Origin: the human T2T-CHM13v2.0 reference genome, Homo sapiens
Assembly (NCBI GenBank): GCA_009914755.4
Contig: CP086569.2
Span: 5,824,001-5,888,000, forward strand
DNA: 64,000 nt
Reading direction: 5' to 3'
The position numbers were made by a program, and so were the translations under genes. Below are positions 41,414 through 57,795 of this stretch, piece by piece; within the stretch, counting starts at the first letter, position 1, and every line of letters begins with the position of its first letter. The notes under the pieces were generated by a model, which made no database searches, was not told the origin of the DNA, and saw only the letters and a program-made list of their open reading frames with translations.

Positions 41414-44400
41414 TAAAACAACATTTTAAGACATACACGGTAGAATAAGATATAAATTAAAATAACAAAAAGTTAAAAAATAGGGGGACAAAGTTAAGGT
41501 GCAGAGAATTCTTAATTTTTTTGCACGTTTGTGTTGTATGCAAATAGTTAAGTTGTTATCAAGTTAAAATAATGCATTCTAAGGTAATATTTTCAAACCT
41601 CATGGTAACATAAAAAAACATACAAAAAATACACATAAAATAAAAATCAAGAAACTAAATCATATAGTCATAGAAAATGAACTTCACTAAAGAAATACAG
41701 AAAGAAATGAAAAAAGGACAAACCAACAAGAAAACAAGTAACAAAATAGCAGGAGTAAGTCCTTACTTCTCAGTAATAACTTTTAATGTAAATGGACTAA
41801 ACTTTCCAATCAAAAGACATAGAGTGGCTTAATGTATGAAAAAACAAGACCTACTGATTTATCACCTGCAAGAGATACACTTCATCTATAAATACACATA
41901 TATATTGAAAGAAAGAGATGGAAAAAGCTATTCTATGCCAATGGAAATAAAAATAGAGCAGGAGTCACTATACTTACATCAGTAAAAAATAGATTTAAAG
42001 ATATAAACTGTGAGACAAGACAAAGACGTTTACATGATAAAGGGGTTAATTGAGCAAGAAGATAAATGAAATATATATATGCATCCAACCTTGGAACACT
42101 CAGATATATGAAGCAAATATTGTTAGAGCTAAAGAGAGAGATAGGCCCCAATACAATAATAGCTGGAGACATAAACCCCCCACTTTCAGCAATGAAACAA
42201 TTTTCCAGAGAGAAAGAAGAAAAAAAAATAAGAAACATGGGACTTAATCTGCACTATGGACCAAATGAATCTAATAGATATGTACAGAACATTTCATCTG
42301 ACAGCTGCAGAATTCACATTCTTTTCCTCAGCACATGGATTATTCCCAAGAATAAACCATATATAAGGTCACAAAACATCTTTAAAAATTCAAAAAAATT
42401 AGATAGTATCAAGCATCATCTCTGACCCCAATGGAATGAAACTACAAATCAATAACAGGAGCAATTTTGGAAACTATAAAAATACATGGAAATTAAATAG
42501 GATGCTCCTGGATGGCCAGTGGGTCAATGAAGATATTAAGTAGAAAATTGAAAAATATTTTGTGACAAATAATAATGGAAATACAACATATCAAAACCTA
42601 CTGGGTAGAGCAAAAGCAGTACTCAGAGGGAAGTTTATAAGTACCTAAAAATGGGGAAAAACTTCAAATAAACAATCTAACAATGCATCTTAAAGAACTA
42701 GAAAGGCAACAGCAAACAAAACCCAAAATTACTAGAAGATAAGAAATAATAAGATCAGAATAAATAAATGAAATTGAAATAAAAAATAATACAAAAGATC
42801 AATGAAACAAAAAGTTGCCTTTTTGAAAAGTTAAACAAGATTGACAAAAATTTAGTCAGACTAAGAAAAGAGACAATCCAAATAAATAAAACCAAAAATG
42901 AATAAAAAGAGACATTACAACTGGCACTGCATAAATTCAAATGCAAATTTTATTTATCATATTTATTTATCATCAGTGGCTACTATGAGAATCTATATGG
43001 CAATAAATTGGAAAATACCTAGACACATACAGCCTACCAAGATTGAACCAGAAAGAAATCCAAAACCTGAACAGACCAGTATAAAGTAAAAAGATCAAAG
43101 CCATAATAACATGTCTCCCACTAAAGAAAATCCAGGGACCTGATGGCTTCCCTGGTGAATTCTACCAAACACTTAAAGAAGAACTAAAACCAATCTGACT
43201 CAATATTTTCTGAAAAATAGAAGAGGAGGAAATCCTTCCTAACTCACTCTACAATGCCAGTATTACCTTTATACAAAAAAACAGACAAAGACACATCAAA
43301 AAACAATACTACAAGCCAATATCTCTGATAAATTTTGATGCAAAAATGCGCAACAAAATACTAACAAACCACATTCAACGATACATTACAAAGATAATTC
43401 ATCAAGACCAAGCAATGTTTATCTCTGGGATGCAAGGATGGTTCAAAATACACTCTTCAATCAATGTGATACATCATATCAACAGAATGAAAGATAAAAA
43501 CCATATGAACATCTTAATTTATGATGAAAAAGCATTTGATAAAATTCATCATCTCTTTATAATAAAAACTGTCAAAAAACTGAGTAGATAATAAACATAC
43601 CTCAGCATAATTAAAGCCATATATGACAGACACATAGCTAGTATCATACTGAATGGGGAATAAAACCAAAAAACTTTCCTCTAAGATCTGGAACATAATA
43701 AGAATGTCCACTTTCACCACTGTTATTCAACATAGTACTAGGAGTCCTAGCTAGAGCAGTCAGACAAGAGAAAGATCTAAAGAGCATCCAAATCAGAAAG
43801 AAATGTCAAATTATACTTGTTTGCAAATAACATGATCTTATGTTTGAAAAATCTTAAAGACTTCATAAGAAAACTATTAGAAGTGATAAAACAATTTCAG
43901 CAAAGATGCAGGATATGAAATCAATGTATAAAAATCATTAGCATTTGTATACGCCAATAGTGAAAAACCTGAAAAAGAAATAAAAAAGAAATTCAATTTA
44001 CAATAGCCACAACTAAAATTACATATCTAGAATTTACCAAAGTGAAAGGTCTCTGTAATAAAAACTATAAAACACTGATGAAATAAATTGAAGAGGACAC
44101 CAAAAATGGAAAAATATTTTATATTGATAGATTGGAAGAATCAATATTGTTAACATGTCCATACTACTCAAAGCAATCCTAAAGATTCAATGCAATCCCT
44201 AACAAAGTACCAATGGTATTTTTCACAGAAACAGAAAAAAAAATCCTAAAATTTATATGAAACCACAAAAACCCAGAATAGCCAAGCTCTCCTGAGCAAA
44301 AAGAAAAAAATTGAAAAAAATCACATTACCTAACTTCATATTATACTTCAGATCTATATAACCAAAACAGCATGGTAGTGGCATAAAAACAGATACATAG

Positions 44401-46753
44401 ACCAATGGTACAGAATGGAGAACCCAGAAGGAAATTCACACACTTACAGTAAACCCACTTTCAAGAAATTTGCCAAGAACATACACTGGGGAATAGTCAG
44501 TCTTTTCAATTAATGGTTCTGGGAAAAATGGATCTCCATATAGAGAAGAATGAAACTACATCCCTGTCTCTCTTCATATATAGAAATCAAATCAAAATGG
44601 ATTAAAAACTAAAATCTGAGACTGCAAACTGTAAAACTACTACAAGAAAACATTGGGGAAAAATCTCCAAGACACTGGTCTCGGCAAGGTTTCTTGAGCA
44701 ATACCCCACAAGCACAGGCAACTAACCAAAAATGAAAAAATGGGATCACATTAAGGTTAAAACTTTATGTACAACAAAGTAAACAATCAACATGTTAAAG
44801 AAACAACCAACAGAATGGGAGACAATATTTGAAACCTACCAATCTGTCAAAGGATTAATAAAGGTAATATATGAAAAGCTCAAACAACCCTATAGAAATA
44901 AATCTAATAATATGATTTTTAAAATGGGCAAAATATTTGAATACACATTTCTCAAAGAAGACATAGAAATGGCAAACAAGCATATTAAAAGTTGGTCAAC
45001 ATAATTGATCATCAGCGAAATGCAAATCAAAACTACAATGAGATATTATCTTTCCCCAGTTAAAATGGCTTATATCCAAAAGACAGGTAATAACAAATGC
45101 TGGAGAGGATGTGCATAAATGAGAATCCTCATACACCATTGAGTGGAATGTAAATTAATATGAGCACTATGGAGAATAGTTTGGAAGTTCCTCAAAAAAA
45201 TAAAAATAGAGCTACCATATGATCCAGCAATCACATGGCTGTGTATATACCCAGAAGAAAGAAAACCAGTATCTCAAAGTGATATCTGTACTCCTGTTTG
45301 TTGCATCACTGTTCACAATAGCCAAGTTTTGAAAGCAACCTAAGTGTCCATTAACAGATGAATGTATAAAAAAATGTGGCACATATACACAATAGAGAAC
45401 TATTTAGATCAAAAAAGAATGAGATCCACTCATTTGGAACAACATGGATGGAACTGGAGATCATTATGTTAAGTGAAATAAGCCAGGCGCAGAAAGAAAA
45501 ACATCACATATTCTCACTTATTTGTGGGATCCTAAAATCAAAACAATTAAACTTATGAACATAGACAGTAGAAGGTTGGTTACCAGAGTCTAGGAAAGAT
45601 AGTTGGGGGCTTGCGGGGAGGTGGGGTGGTTAATGGGTACAAAAAATAGAAAGAATGAATAAGACCTACTATTTGATAGCACACCAGGTTGACTATAGTC
45701 AATTATAATTTAATTTTACATTTTAAAATAAGTGAAAGTATATAATTGGATTGTTTGTAACACAAAAGATAAATGCTTGAGGAGATGGATAGCCAATTTT
45801 CTATGATGTGATTATTATGCATTGCATACCTGTATCAGAACATGACATGTGCCCCACAAATATGTACACCTACAATATACACACAAAAATTGAAAATATT
45901 TTTAAATAAAATGAAACAGTTATTAAAAGTAAAAAAGGAAATAGTTCCCATATCACACACTTTAAGTTTTACATACATATTCTTATAATGGTAGAGAATA
46001 AAATCAGAATCAATTTTAGAATTCCAGGAGTGGTGTGCATTTATGTCCCCAATCCTCCTCTCCCATTCCACCCCGACTTCTGCCAGTGAGGTTAAAAATA
46101 GATGGTAATGTTAATGTGGTTCAGTGGACAGAATATGAATTTGGAGTCTGAATGATCTTGATTTAAATATGTAATAAAGGAAATGTGTTACATATATACA
46201 ATGGAATATATCTGGATCTGATCTGGATTTGAATATTAGTCCTCCCACCAACTGGCTGTATCTTGGACAAGATAAATTTTTTCAATCTTAGGTTTCTCAC
46301 CTATAAGTAAAAATGATGAATTGAATAGGTGCTCAGTAATTATAAATTTCTATTCCAGATGTACCTATTATTGTGAGGTAGTTGTAGAAAAGAAATAATT
46401 TCTAAGGTATTATATTTTGCTTTGGACATAGTTTTAGTTTTTCATTTATTTTCTGGACATGTTTTATAAAAAGTAAACAGGGAAAACCTTAGATACCACG
46501 TGAAAATATGGGAGGATAGAGATTAGAGAATCAAATTGCTAAGCTAAAGATGTCTTATCTGCACACAGAAAGATCAATTTGTTCAGAAAAACAAAGGAAT
46601 TTCCTAGCACATTATTAAATAAGTTCAAAATATTATTTAAAAGGAAAAAAAAAACAAAACACCAGACTTTAATAAACTAGTTTGAAAAAGAAAAGTTATT
46701 AATTGGCTTAAAAATAAATATAGTCTACATCTGACATTTTAAAGACCATGATG

Positions 46754-47057
<304 letters not shown>

Positions 47058-47208
47058 ACCATGATGGATATTATTGGGAATGATTATATGTTTATATTTT
47101 TAAAACTTACTTCTTTTGATATGAAAGCCCATTGGTAGAAATGAGTTTTTCTTTTATTCAAAATAATCATAAGATCAATCTTGAAAACTTTGCTTAAGAT
47201 GTATTTAT

Positions 47209-47497
<289 letters not shown>

Positions 47498-49724
47498 GAT
47501 ATTTTTATGGTGTACCTTAAATATAGTTTTATGTTACTTTCTTGGCGGAAAGTGTTTAGCTGAATACAGATGGTAATAACAGAATGGGTCGTTTATTTAG
47601 TTTGTAGTACACCCTGGATATGTTTCTGAAATATCAAAAAGCTTTCAGTTAATCTGTAAGTGTAAGATGATTATAGAAGAAAACAGCTGTTACCTATCTT
47701 TTTCTCCCACTCACAGGAGTATTACAGTCAATTTTGTTTTCTTTCTATGCCTGATTGAGATGATTACTCAAAAAGTAGGTGCTAATGATGCAAGTTTAAA
47801 CCAGGTACTGCTTCTCTCCAAGTAACTTTTCTCCAAGTGTATGATTTTAGATTTTGAAAGCTGCACATGCTCTAAGTGTCACAGATGATTTGTCTGAAAT
47901 AACACTTTACCCACTTAAACTCTGGAGTTTTAATCTTGGGTGAAGAACAGATTCATAATTTCACTTGAAAAAATAAGACTTTTTTTAAGAATAGAGACTA
48001 TTTTGACTTTTAGACTGGTGGAAAACTTTTTCAGAGATCTAAATAAACACTAAGCTAGCCCCTGGGATAAAATCTTCGCTGTAGCCCCTGGGATAAACGT
48101 ATGATGAAGAACAGTGATAATAATGGGATGAATAAAGAGGTAACTGTCTTGAACTTTTTCACCTGCATAATTGAGGCATCGCTTAGGATTGTCTAGACAT
48201 GTGGAAATAATCTTCAGTGTTAGGTTTTACTTCAATGTTGTTGCATATGTGTTTGACAGAGAAAGTTTGCACTGTAGCTACTTTTGATTTTTCAAGAATA
48301 ATTAAGCACCTTCACATTCTTCTCAGCCTTTGCATACCTATTGTCCGCTTTACTGATGATTAGTATCTTCACCAGAAAGCAGATAAGAATGGAGAAACAT
48401 GATTAAATTTAAATGTATAAATTCCATGTGTAGTTTCTTGAATACTTTAGAAATCAATGCCTTGCAACCTTGGCTGCAGATTATAATCAACTGGGGAGCT
48501 TAAAAAATCTCTAATTCTCAGACTGCTCCCCGGTCCAATAAAATCAGATTTCTATTTGTGGGACCCAGACATCAGTAAATTTTAAAGTCTTCCAGGGAAT
48601 CAACTGTGCAGCGAATTAAGAAACCCTGCTCTAAGTCTTTTGAAGATTTAAGAAAAGCTTAGGTCAGTTTCATTTCTAATGGCAAGTTCTTTTTTATTGC
48701 ATTTTTACATGCTTTCTAACTTATACGTTTATGACTGTTTCTAGTTTGATAATTTTAATTGAAATTGTTTCCAATGTTATACATTGCTCAAATGTCATCT
48801 TTTCAGAAAGGCCATCTCTGACCATCCTAAAATAGTCACCAACATACATTATCCTCTATCATCTTGACTTATTTTATGTTTATTCATAGTACTCATTACT
48901 ATATAACATTTGGTTAGGCATTAATCTCTTTATTGTTCATTCTCTGTCATCCCTGTCCTCTTCATTAGAATTTAAACTCCATAATGAAAAGCCTTCTGAT
49001 TTGTTCAATACTACATCCTACATACCTGGAGCAGTGTCTGACACATAATAGATACTTAATAAGTATTTGTAGAATAAATAACAGTTAGTTTGCAGTTAAT
49101 GTATTTCTTTCGTTGCTGGTAATTTGTGTTATCAATATAAAACCTCTAGTCTTACTTTGATTCAGAGAAGTGTAAGAAAATGTATTCTCAAACAGACCAT
49201 TCATTCACTGAATATTGCATTAGTATTAGGTATAAATTAGTTCTTCTCTATTTTATATTACTAGTTGTGAAAAATATTCAGTTAGCAGCAAGTACATTCT
49301 TTCTATTTCAGCGGAGAAACAGAGATATATGTAATTTTTCATTGTCAGATCAAACAATTATCAAGTTGAAAAAAGTTTTTACATCTAAATTTCTGTAGTA
49401 TTGGGTTAAATACGACTCTTGGAGAGATGAGAAAAAGAGTTTGAAGGTAACTTGGTGATGAAATACTATACATTTTAATATATCAAATACATACATTTAG
49501 TATATCAACATTTTTATTTGTGCTGTGAGTCAAAGGTGGGTTTCTTTCTTTTGTATTAAATATAAGTTAATTTATACTTTGAGAGTACATATGTTCTGAG
49601 ATTTTTATATTTAACACATGTAACAAATGCCATAATATTATTTACCATCAGATGGCATAGTGAGCCAAACTGCCTTTTTCAAGATTGCTTCAACGAGATT
49701 TCTCATATTGCATGTGTATTAGTC

Positions 49725-50077
49725 CATTTTCATACTGCTGTGAAGAAATACTCAAGTCTGGGTAATTTATAAAGAAAAAGAGGTTTAATGAACACACAGT
49801 TTCACATGGCTGTGGAGGCCTCACAATCATGACGGAATGTGAAGGAGGAGCTAAGGCATATCTTACATGGTGGAAGGCAAGAGAACTTGTGCAGGGCAAC
49901 TGCCCTGTATAAAACCATCAGATCTCACGAGACTTATTCATTATCATGAGAACAGCATGACAAAAACCCATCCCCATGATTCAATTACCTCCCACCGGGT
50001 CCCTCCACAACATGTGGAGATTATGGGAGCTGCAGTTCAAGATGAGATTTGGGTGGGGACACAGCCAAACCATATCA
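49725..50077 (-). mobile_element. THE1-type MaLR LTR, complete
   Basis: tgtattagtccattttcatactgctgtgaagaaatactcaagtctgggtaatttataaag...gagatttgggtggggacacagccaaaccatatca is the reverse complement of the THE1 LTR (TGATATGGTTTGG...ACTAATACA). Confidence 0.85.
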
Positions 50078-51680
50078 TTCCATCTCTGGACCTTCCCAAA
50101 TCTCATGTCCTCACATTTCAAAACCACTGATGCCTTCCCAATGGTCCCCCAAAGTCTTAACTCATTTCATCAACTCAAAAGTCCACAATTCAAGGTCTCA
50201 TCTGAGACAAGGCAAGTCCCTTCCACCTATGAGCATATAAAATCAAAAGCAAGTTAATCACTTCTGGATACAATGGGGGTATAAGTATTGGGTAAATACA
50301 TCCATTCCAAATGGGAGAAATTGGCCAAAAAGAAAGGGCTACCAGCCCTATGAAGGTCCAAAATCCAGTGGGGCAGTCAAATCTTAAAGCACCAAAATGA
50401 TCTCCTTTGAATCCATGTCTCGCATGCAGGTTATGCTGATGCAAGAAGTAAGCTCCCATGGAAAAGAGCTCCCAGCTCTTCCTTTTTTGCTTTGCAGGGT
50501 ACAGTTCCCCTCCTGGCTGCTTTCATTGGTGGGCATTGAGTGTCCGCAGCTTTTCCAGGTGCACAGTGCAAGCTGTTGGAGAATCTACCACTCTCAGGTT
50601 TGAAGGAAGGTGGCCCTCCTCTCACAGCTTCACTATGCAGTGTCCCAGTGGGGACTCTGTGTGGGGGCTCACACCCCACCTTTCTCTTTCACACTGCACT
50701 AGCAGAATTTATCCATGAGGGCTCTGTCCCTGTAGCACACCTCTGCCTAGCCATTCAGGTGTTTCCATACATCCTCTGAAATCTAGGTGGAGGTTCCCAA
50801 ACCTCAATTCTTAACTTTTCTGCACCCACAGGCCCAATATCACGTTTTAGCTGCCAAGGCTTAGGGTTTGCTTCTTCTGAAGCAACAGCCTGAGCTTTAT
50901 GTTGGCATCTTTTAGCCAAGGCTAGGATGCAGGGCACCAAGTCCTGAGACTGCACAAAACAGCAAGGCCCCGCGTCTGGCTCACAAAACAATTTTTTCCT
51001 CCTAAGCTTCTGGACCTGTGATGGGAGGGGCTGCTGTGGAGACCTCTGACATGCCCTGGAGACATTTTCCCTGTTATCCATGATTAACATTTGGCCCCTT
51101 ATTACTTATGCAAATTTTTGTATCTGGCTTGAATTTCTCCTCAAAAAACTTTTTTTTTCTATCACATTGTCAGGCTTCAAATTTTCCAAACTTTTATGTT
51201 CTGCTTCCCATTTAAACGTAAGTTCCAATTCCAAACCATATCTTTGTGAATGAATAAAACTGAATGCTTTAAAGAGCACCCAGGCAATGTCTTGAACATG
51301 TTGCTGCTTAGAAATTTATTCCACCAGATACCCTAAATCATCTCTCTCAAGTTCAAAGTTCCACAGATCTCTAGGGTAGGGACAAAATGCTGCCAGTCTC
51401 TTTGCTAAAGCATAGCAAGAATCACCTTAGCTCCAGTTTCCAGTAAGTTCCTCATCTTCATCTGAAACCACCTTAGTCTGGACTTCATTTTGATATCAGT
51501 ATCAGCATTTTGGTCAAAACTATTCAACAAGTCTCTAGGAAGCTCCAAACTTTCCCACGTCTTCCTGTCTTCTTCTGAGCCCTCCAAACTATTCCAACCT
51601 CTGCCTATTTCTCAGTTCAAAAGTCATTTTTACATTTTAGGCATCTTAGTAGCAGTGCCTCACTCCCAGTTCCAATTTAC
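50078..51680 (-). mobile_element. THE1 internal region (about 1.6 kb, apparently complete)
   Basis: Reverse complement of MaLR-int, ending ...agttccaatttactatatt at the junction with the truncated LTR. Confidence 0.75.
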
Positions 51681-51756
51681 TATATTTGTCCATTTTCATA
51701 CTGCTATGAAGAAATACCTGAGACGTGGTCATTTATAAAGAAAAAGAAGTTTAATA
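51681..51756 (-). mobile_element. Truncated THE1 LTR (about 75 bp retained)
   Basis: tgtccattttcatactgctatgaagaaatacctgagacgtggtcatttataaagaaaaagaagtttaat, then unrelated sequence. Confidence 0.6.
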
Positions 51757-52910
51757 AACTAAGAGATCTATTGATAATTTAAGTTCTCATTGAAAAAACC
51801 CTCTATTGGAATCCCAAACTGAACTGGAAACTAGAATTTTGCAAACTAAAGTTAGTTTTTCAATATCCTCTTCTCTGACATCTAACTACTTATTGTAAAC
51901 CTTTTTGTCTCTGATTATTCAGAGTGATCAGGTCAGGCCTTTGCTGTTTCAACTCAGCTACATAGAAACCGCCAATGACTCATAGCTTATTACAGTGTCT
52001 TTTTGATACCCTGCTTAACTTAAGACTATAGCAGCCACCAATAAACTTGTGAAGGCTTCTGCTGACATACTCTTGGGCACTTCCTTGTAACTAATGGTCT
52101 CCCATGGTGTACAATCTTTGGTACGCATTTAAAAAAAATTATTTTCAAGTTAGCTTATAAGATATTCATATTTTCTCTTTCATATGTTATTATTGAAGGA
52201 AATTATGTATTTTACCCCAAAATACACTACTTTGACATATTTTGAGATGGTGGTTAGGAGAGCCAGCAAATAGAAATAACCTTCCTTGATTTTAGAGGGA
52301 GATTTGCATCTGTAGAGAATCTGTACTAATGCAGCCAGATTTTTTTCTGAGGTTTCCCTTTATCTAGGAAAGATCAACTGAGTTTGAAACATTTAAATGT
52401 CTGAAGAAGCATTTGCCATCTATTCTGAGGGCTGCTACCTCTGTGCTTTCATCTACATAAGAATCATTTTGCTAGGCAAACCTCCTCTTCTTTTCATCTC
52501 ATAATGTGTCTTACCACTATAACCGGATTTACTGTCTTAACCAGTATTTGGTCATAGTCTCAGACCCCATTCTTTCTGTAACTTCAAGATTGTACGTAAG
52601 CTGCTGAACCCCAACTGGAAAGTTGGAGTGTCAGGACCCAGAAACTGATACCCCAAAATATGGCACTATAACATGCTAAACTGATGATGAAGCCTGAAAG
52701 TCTTGCTGACCCCGACATACCCACTGGTCTCTCCCACAGCACAGGATGAAATTGTTTTCTGAAATTCCTTTATCTGTCTGAAGTCTGGACCTACCAAGGA
52801 AAATAATTGTTTTTCTTCTCCCCTGTGAGTTATCTTATTGTCTATTGCAGAAAAGAAGACCAATTATATAACCACACCAGAACAGACCCGTTTAAAAGAT
52901 ATATCTATAA

Positions 52911-53409
<499 letters not shown>

Positions 53410-56400
53410 ATGCCCATTCTTTTTTATTTCAATAGCTTTAGGATATATGTGGTTTTTGGTTATATGGATGAATTGTATAGTGGTGAAGTCTGAGATTTTT
53501 GTGCATCCATCAACTGAGTAGTGTACACTGCGCCCAATATGTAGGTTTTTTTTAATCTATCACCCCACTCCCACCCACTCTTTTATTGAGTTTCTAATGT
53601 CCATTATACCATTCTGCATGGTTTTGTGTACTCATAGCTTAGCTCCCACTGATAGGTCAGAACATACAGTATTTTGTTTTCCATTCTTGAGTTACTTCAC
53701 TTAGAATAATGGCCTCCAATTTCATCCAAATTGCTGCAAAATACATTATTTTGCACTTTTTTATGCCAAGCCCCAATTCTTTCAGTAACTTCAAGACGGT
53801 ATATAAGCTTCTGAATCCCATTAGGGGGCTGGGATATAATAACTACTGTTCTCCCCCATGTGCACATTCATAAATTTGTACGCCTTTTTTCCAGTTAATC
53901 TGCCACTTGTAAGTTGATTTTTTAGTGAAACTTCAGAGAGTAAAGAGGAAGTTTTCCCGTGACCCTGACTGTTTTGGCACTGTGCACAGTATACCAAAGC
54001 TCTGCTCTTCCTGAAATCGCAGTGAATGGAACCCAGAATCTAATAAGCCAGAAGAAGTGTAAGAATTTCTTACCAAGCACATGGTAGAAATCACTGTTAT
54101 TCTCTTTATTTTCTGCAAAATTTTATATAATGGGAGAACACAATTAGTGTAAGTAGTCTTGGATGTAGCAACTCTGGTGCACTTTATGGTATGAATTTTC
54201 CTACCCTTGATCCCTTCTTTCCCAGAAATAGTGTTTTCCTTTGACTTTGTCTTTTCTGTGTTATTCTGTCATAAAGAGGATAGAGCATTTCTTTAATAAT
54301 TAATGATGTTGAACATCTTTTCATATGTCTATTTGTCATTTGTATATCTTTTATGAAATGTCTATTCAAATGTTTGCCCTTTTGTTTGATCAGATTATTG
54401 GATTTTTACCTATAGAGTTGCTTGAGCTCCTTAAATGGGGGATTATGGTTATTAATTCCTGGTCAGATGGGTAGCTTGCAAATATTTTATCCCATTTCGT
54501 GAATGTCTCTTCACTTTGTTGATTGTATATTTTGCTCTGCAGAAGCTTTTTAACTTAATGTGATCACATCTGTCAATCTTTGCTTTGATTACCTGCACTT
54601 GCATATTACTCAACAAATTTTTGCCCAGACCAATGTCATGAAGATTTTTCCCAATATTTTCTTGTAGTAGTTTTATGATTTGAGGTCTTAAATTTAAGCC
54701 CTTAATCTATTTTGATTTGATTTTTATATATGGTAAGAGATAGGGGTCTAGTTTAATTCTTTTGAATACAGATAACTAGTTTTCCCTGTAACATTTATTG
54801 AAGAAACTGTTTTTCCCCAGCATGTGTTCTTGGCGTCTTTGTAAAAAATTAGTTGATTGTAGGTATGTGGATTTGTTTCTGGGTTCTCTATAGTTTTCCA
54901 TTCATCGATGTGTCTGCTTTTATGCCAGTATCATGCTCTTTGGTTACTATAGCTCTGTAGCATAATTTGAAGTCAGGTAAGGTGATCTTCCAGTTTTGTT
55001 CATTTTGTTCAGGGTAGCTTTGGTTATTCCAGGCATTTGATGTTTCCATATAAATTGCATGATTTTTTTTTCTATTTCCATGAAGAATGTCATTGATATT
55101 TTAATAGGGATTGCATTAAATCTGCAGATTGCTTTGGATAGTATGGACATTTTACCAATAGTGATTTTCCCAATCCATGAACATAGAATATTTTTTAAAT
55201 TTTTTGTTGTCTCCTTCAGTTTTACAATTTTCATTAAGAGATCATTCACTCTGGTTAATTCCTAGGTATTACATTTTACTTGTGACTATTGTTTTTCACT
55301 TATATTTTAAATTTTTCACTGCTGGCATATAGAAATGCTACTGGTTTTTGTATATTGATTTTGTATCCTGAAACTTCACTGAAATTGATCAGTTCTTATA
55401 ATTTTCTAGTGGAATTTTTAGGTTTTTCCAAATGTAAAAGCATATCATCTGCAAACAGGGATAATTTGACTTCTTCCTTTTTAATTTGGGTGCACTTTAT
55501 ATCTTTCTCTTGTATGGTTGCTCCAGCTAGGACTCCCAGTACTATGTTGAATAACAGTGGTGACACAGGGCATCCATGTTGTCTTCCAGATGTTATATAA
55601 GAGGCTTTCAGTTTTTCTCCATTCAGTATGATACTATTTGTGGGTCTGTTGTAAATGGCCTTAATTATGTTGAGGCAAATTTCTTCTATACCCAGTTTTT
55701 TGAGGGTTTTTATTATGAGCAACGTTCAATTTTATCAACTTTGTTCAGAATCAATTGAAATGATCTTCAATCTCTCGGTTTGGTGTATCATATTGATTAA
55801 TTTGTGTATGTTCAAACATCTTTGCATCCCACGATTAAATCCTACTTTAACCCTGGTCATGACAAATAATCTTCGTAATGTATTGTTGAATTTCATTTGC
55901 TAGTATTTTGGTGAGGATTTTTGGATCAATACTCATAAGAGATATTGGCCTATAGTTTTCTTCTTCTTTTTTTTTTGATGTGTCTTTTTCTGGTTTCAGT
56001 ATCAGGGTAATTACTGACCTCATAGGATGTGTTTGGAATTATTCCCTCCTCTATTTTTTAGAACAGCTCGAGTTTGATTGATATTAGATCTTCTTTAAAT
56101 GTTTGGATTAATTAAGCAATGAAACCGTCAGGTGCCGACCTTTTCTTTGCTGGGAGACTTTTTATTATGGCTTTGATCTCATTACTTGATATTGGTCTGT
56201 TCAGGTTTTGGATTTCTTCCTGGTTGAATCTTAGTAGCTTGCAGGTCCAGGAATTTGTCCATTTTTTTATATATATATTTTCTATTTTACTGGCATATAT
56301 TTGCTTATAGTAGCCACTAATAATCCTTTAAATTACTGTAGTATCAGTTGTAATGTCTTCTTTTTAATTTCTGATTTTGTTTGGATCTTCTTTTTTTTCT

Positions 56401-56785
56401 TAGTAAGCCTGACTAAAGCTTTGTCAATTTTGTTTAACTTTTTGAATAAGCAACTTTTTGTTCAATGATCTTTTGTATTTTATTTCATTTCAATTTTATT
56501 TATGCTCTGATTTTTATTATTTATTTTCTTCTACTTAATTTGGGTTTGGTTTGCTCTTGCTTTTCTAGTTCCTTAAGATGCCTCATTAGATTTTGTATTT
56601 AAAGCTTTTTCTCTTTTTTGATGTAAGCACTTATTGCTGTAAACTCCCCTATGATCACTGCTTTTACTGTAGGCCATAGGTTTTGGTCTGCTGTGGTTTC
56701 ATTATCATGTGTTTAAAAATTTTTTGATTTTCTTCTTTATTTATTGACCCACTTTTTGTTCAGGAGCATATTATTAATTTCATGT

Positions 56786-57148
56786 TGTATTAGTCTGTTC
56801 TCATGCTGCTAATAAAGACATACTCAAGACTGGGTAATTTACAAAGGAAAGAGGTTTAATTGACTCATGGTTCCACATGGCTCAGGAGGCCTCATAATCA
56901 TGGTGGAAGGCAAAGAGGAGCAAAGCCACATCTTACATGGTGGCAGTCAAGACAGCATGTGCAGGAGACCTCCCCTTTATAAAACCATCAGATCTCATGA
57001 GACTTATTCACAATCATGAGAATAGCATGGGAAAACCCTGCTTCCACGATTCAATTACCTCTCACCAGGAGTCTCCCATGACACATGAAGATTATGTGAG
57101 CTACAATTCAAGATGAGATGTGGGTGGGGACACAAACAAACCATATCA
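56786..57148 (-). mobile_element. THE1-type MaLR solo LTR nested in the L1
   Basis: tgtattagtctgttctcatgctgctaataaagacatactcaagactgggtaatttacaaagg...gatgtgggtggggacacaaacaaaccatatca. Confidence 0.85.
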
Positions 57149-57795
57149 GATGTATTTGTGTAAGTTCCCAAATTTCTTTTCTTAGGGATTTCTAGTTTTA
57201 TTTCATTCTGTTTAGATAAATTGTTGGATATTATTTCAATAGTTTGACTGTTCTAAGACTTGTTTTGTGACTTAACATATGGTTTATCCTGGAGAATAAT
57301 CCATACGCTGAGGAAAAGAATGTGTGTTCTGCAGCCATTGGATGAAGTGTTCTATGCATATTCTTTAGATTCACTTGATTTATAGCACAAATTAAGTCCA
57401 ATGATTATTTGTTGATTTTCTGTCTGAAGAATCTGTCTAATGTTGAATGTGAGGTGTTGGTGTCTCTAGCTATTATTGTATTGGGGCCTATCTCCCTCTG
57501 TAGCCCTAAAAATACATTATATATATATATTTAAAATTGAAATATTTTCTTGCTGAATTGACTACTTTATCATTATATAGTGACCTTCTGTGCCTCTTTC
57601 TATAATTTTTCATCTTGAAATCTATTTTGATTAATATAAGTATAGTGAATCTTGGTCTTTTTTGGTTTCCATTTACATGGAATATCTTTTCTCTGTGTCT
57701 TTATTTTTAGTCCATGTGTATCTTTATAGGTGAAGTGTGTTTTTGTAGGCAACAGATAAATAGGTATTTTTTTAAAAAATCTGTTCAGCTACTAA

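Larger units (their letters stand above)
38996..45920 (+). mobile_element. Remainder of the near-full-length old L1: 5'UTR tail, ORF1 (about 39280-40290), ORF2 (about 41750-45560), 3'UTR ending about 45920
   Basis: ORF1p-like sequence (...ELNKPPGNNPAETELCDLSDRIQNSCVEETQKNSRYHRKRNQKSIR...FNGTIDQAEEKNSESEDRIF...). ORF2p-like sequence (...LNFPIKRHRVA.WMKKQDLLIYHLQETHF...[12 protein letters not shown]...). The conserved old-L1 3' end is at 45590-45920 (ggtggttaatgggtacaaaaaatagaaagaatgaataagacctactatttgatagcacaccaggttgactatagtcaattataatttaat...). Confidence 0.65.

Noticed and set aside
48056-48096. Short tandem duplication agcccctgggataaa x2
   Set aside because: Two copies only, 15 bp each, separated by 10 bp. 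Too small to interpret and most likely a slippage duplication.
50397-50779. Several overlapping 60-110-aa ORFs on both strands in a relatively GC-rich stretch
   Set aside because: Located inside the THE1 internal region (50078-51680). MaLR-int sequence is moderately GC-rich and carries remnant gag-like open frames. No intact retroviral gene is present.
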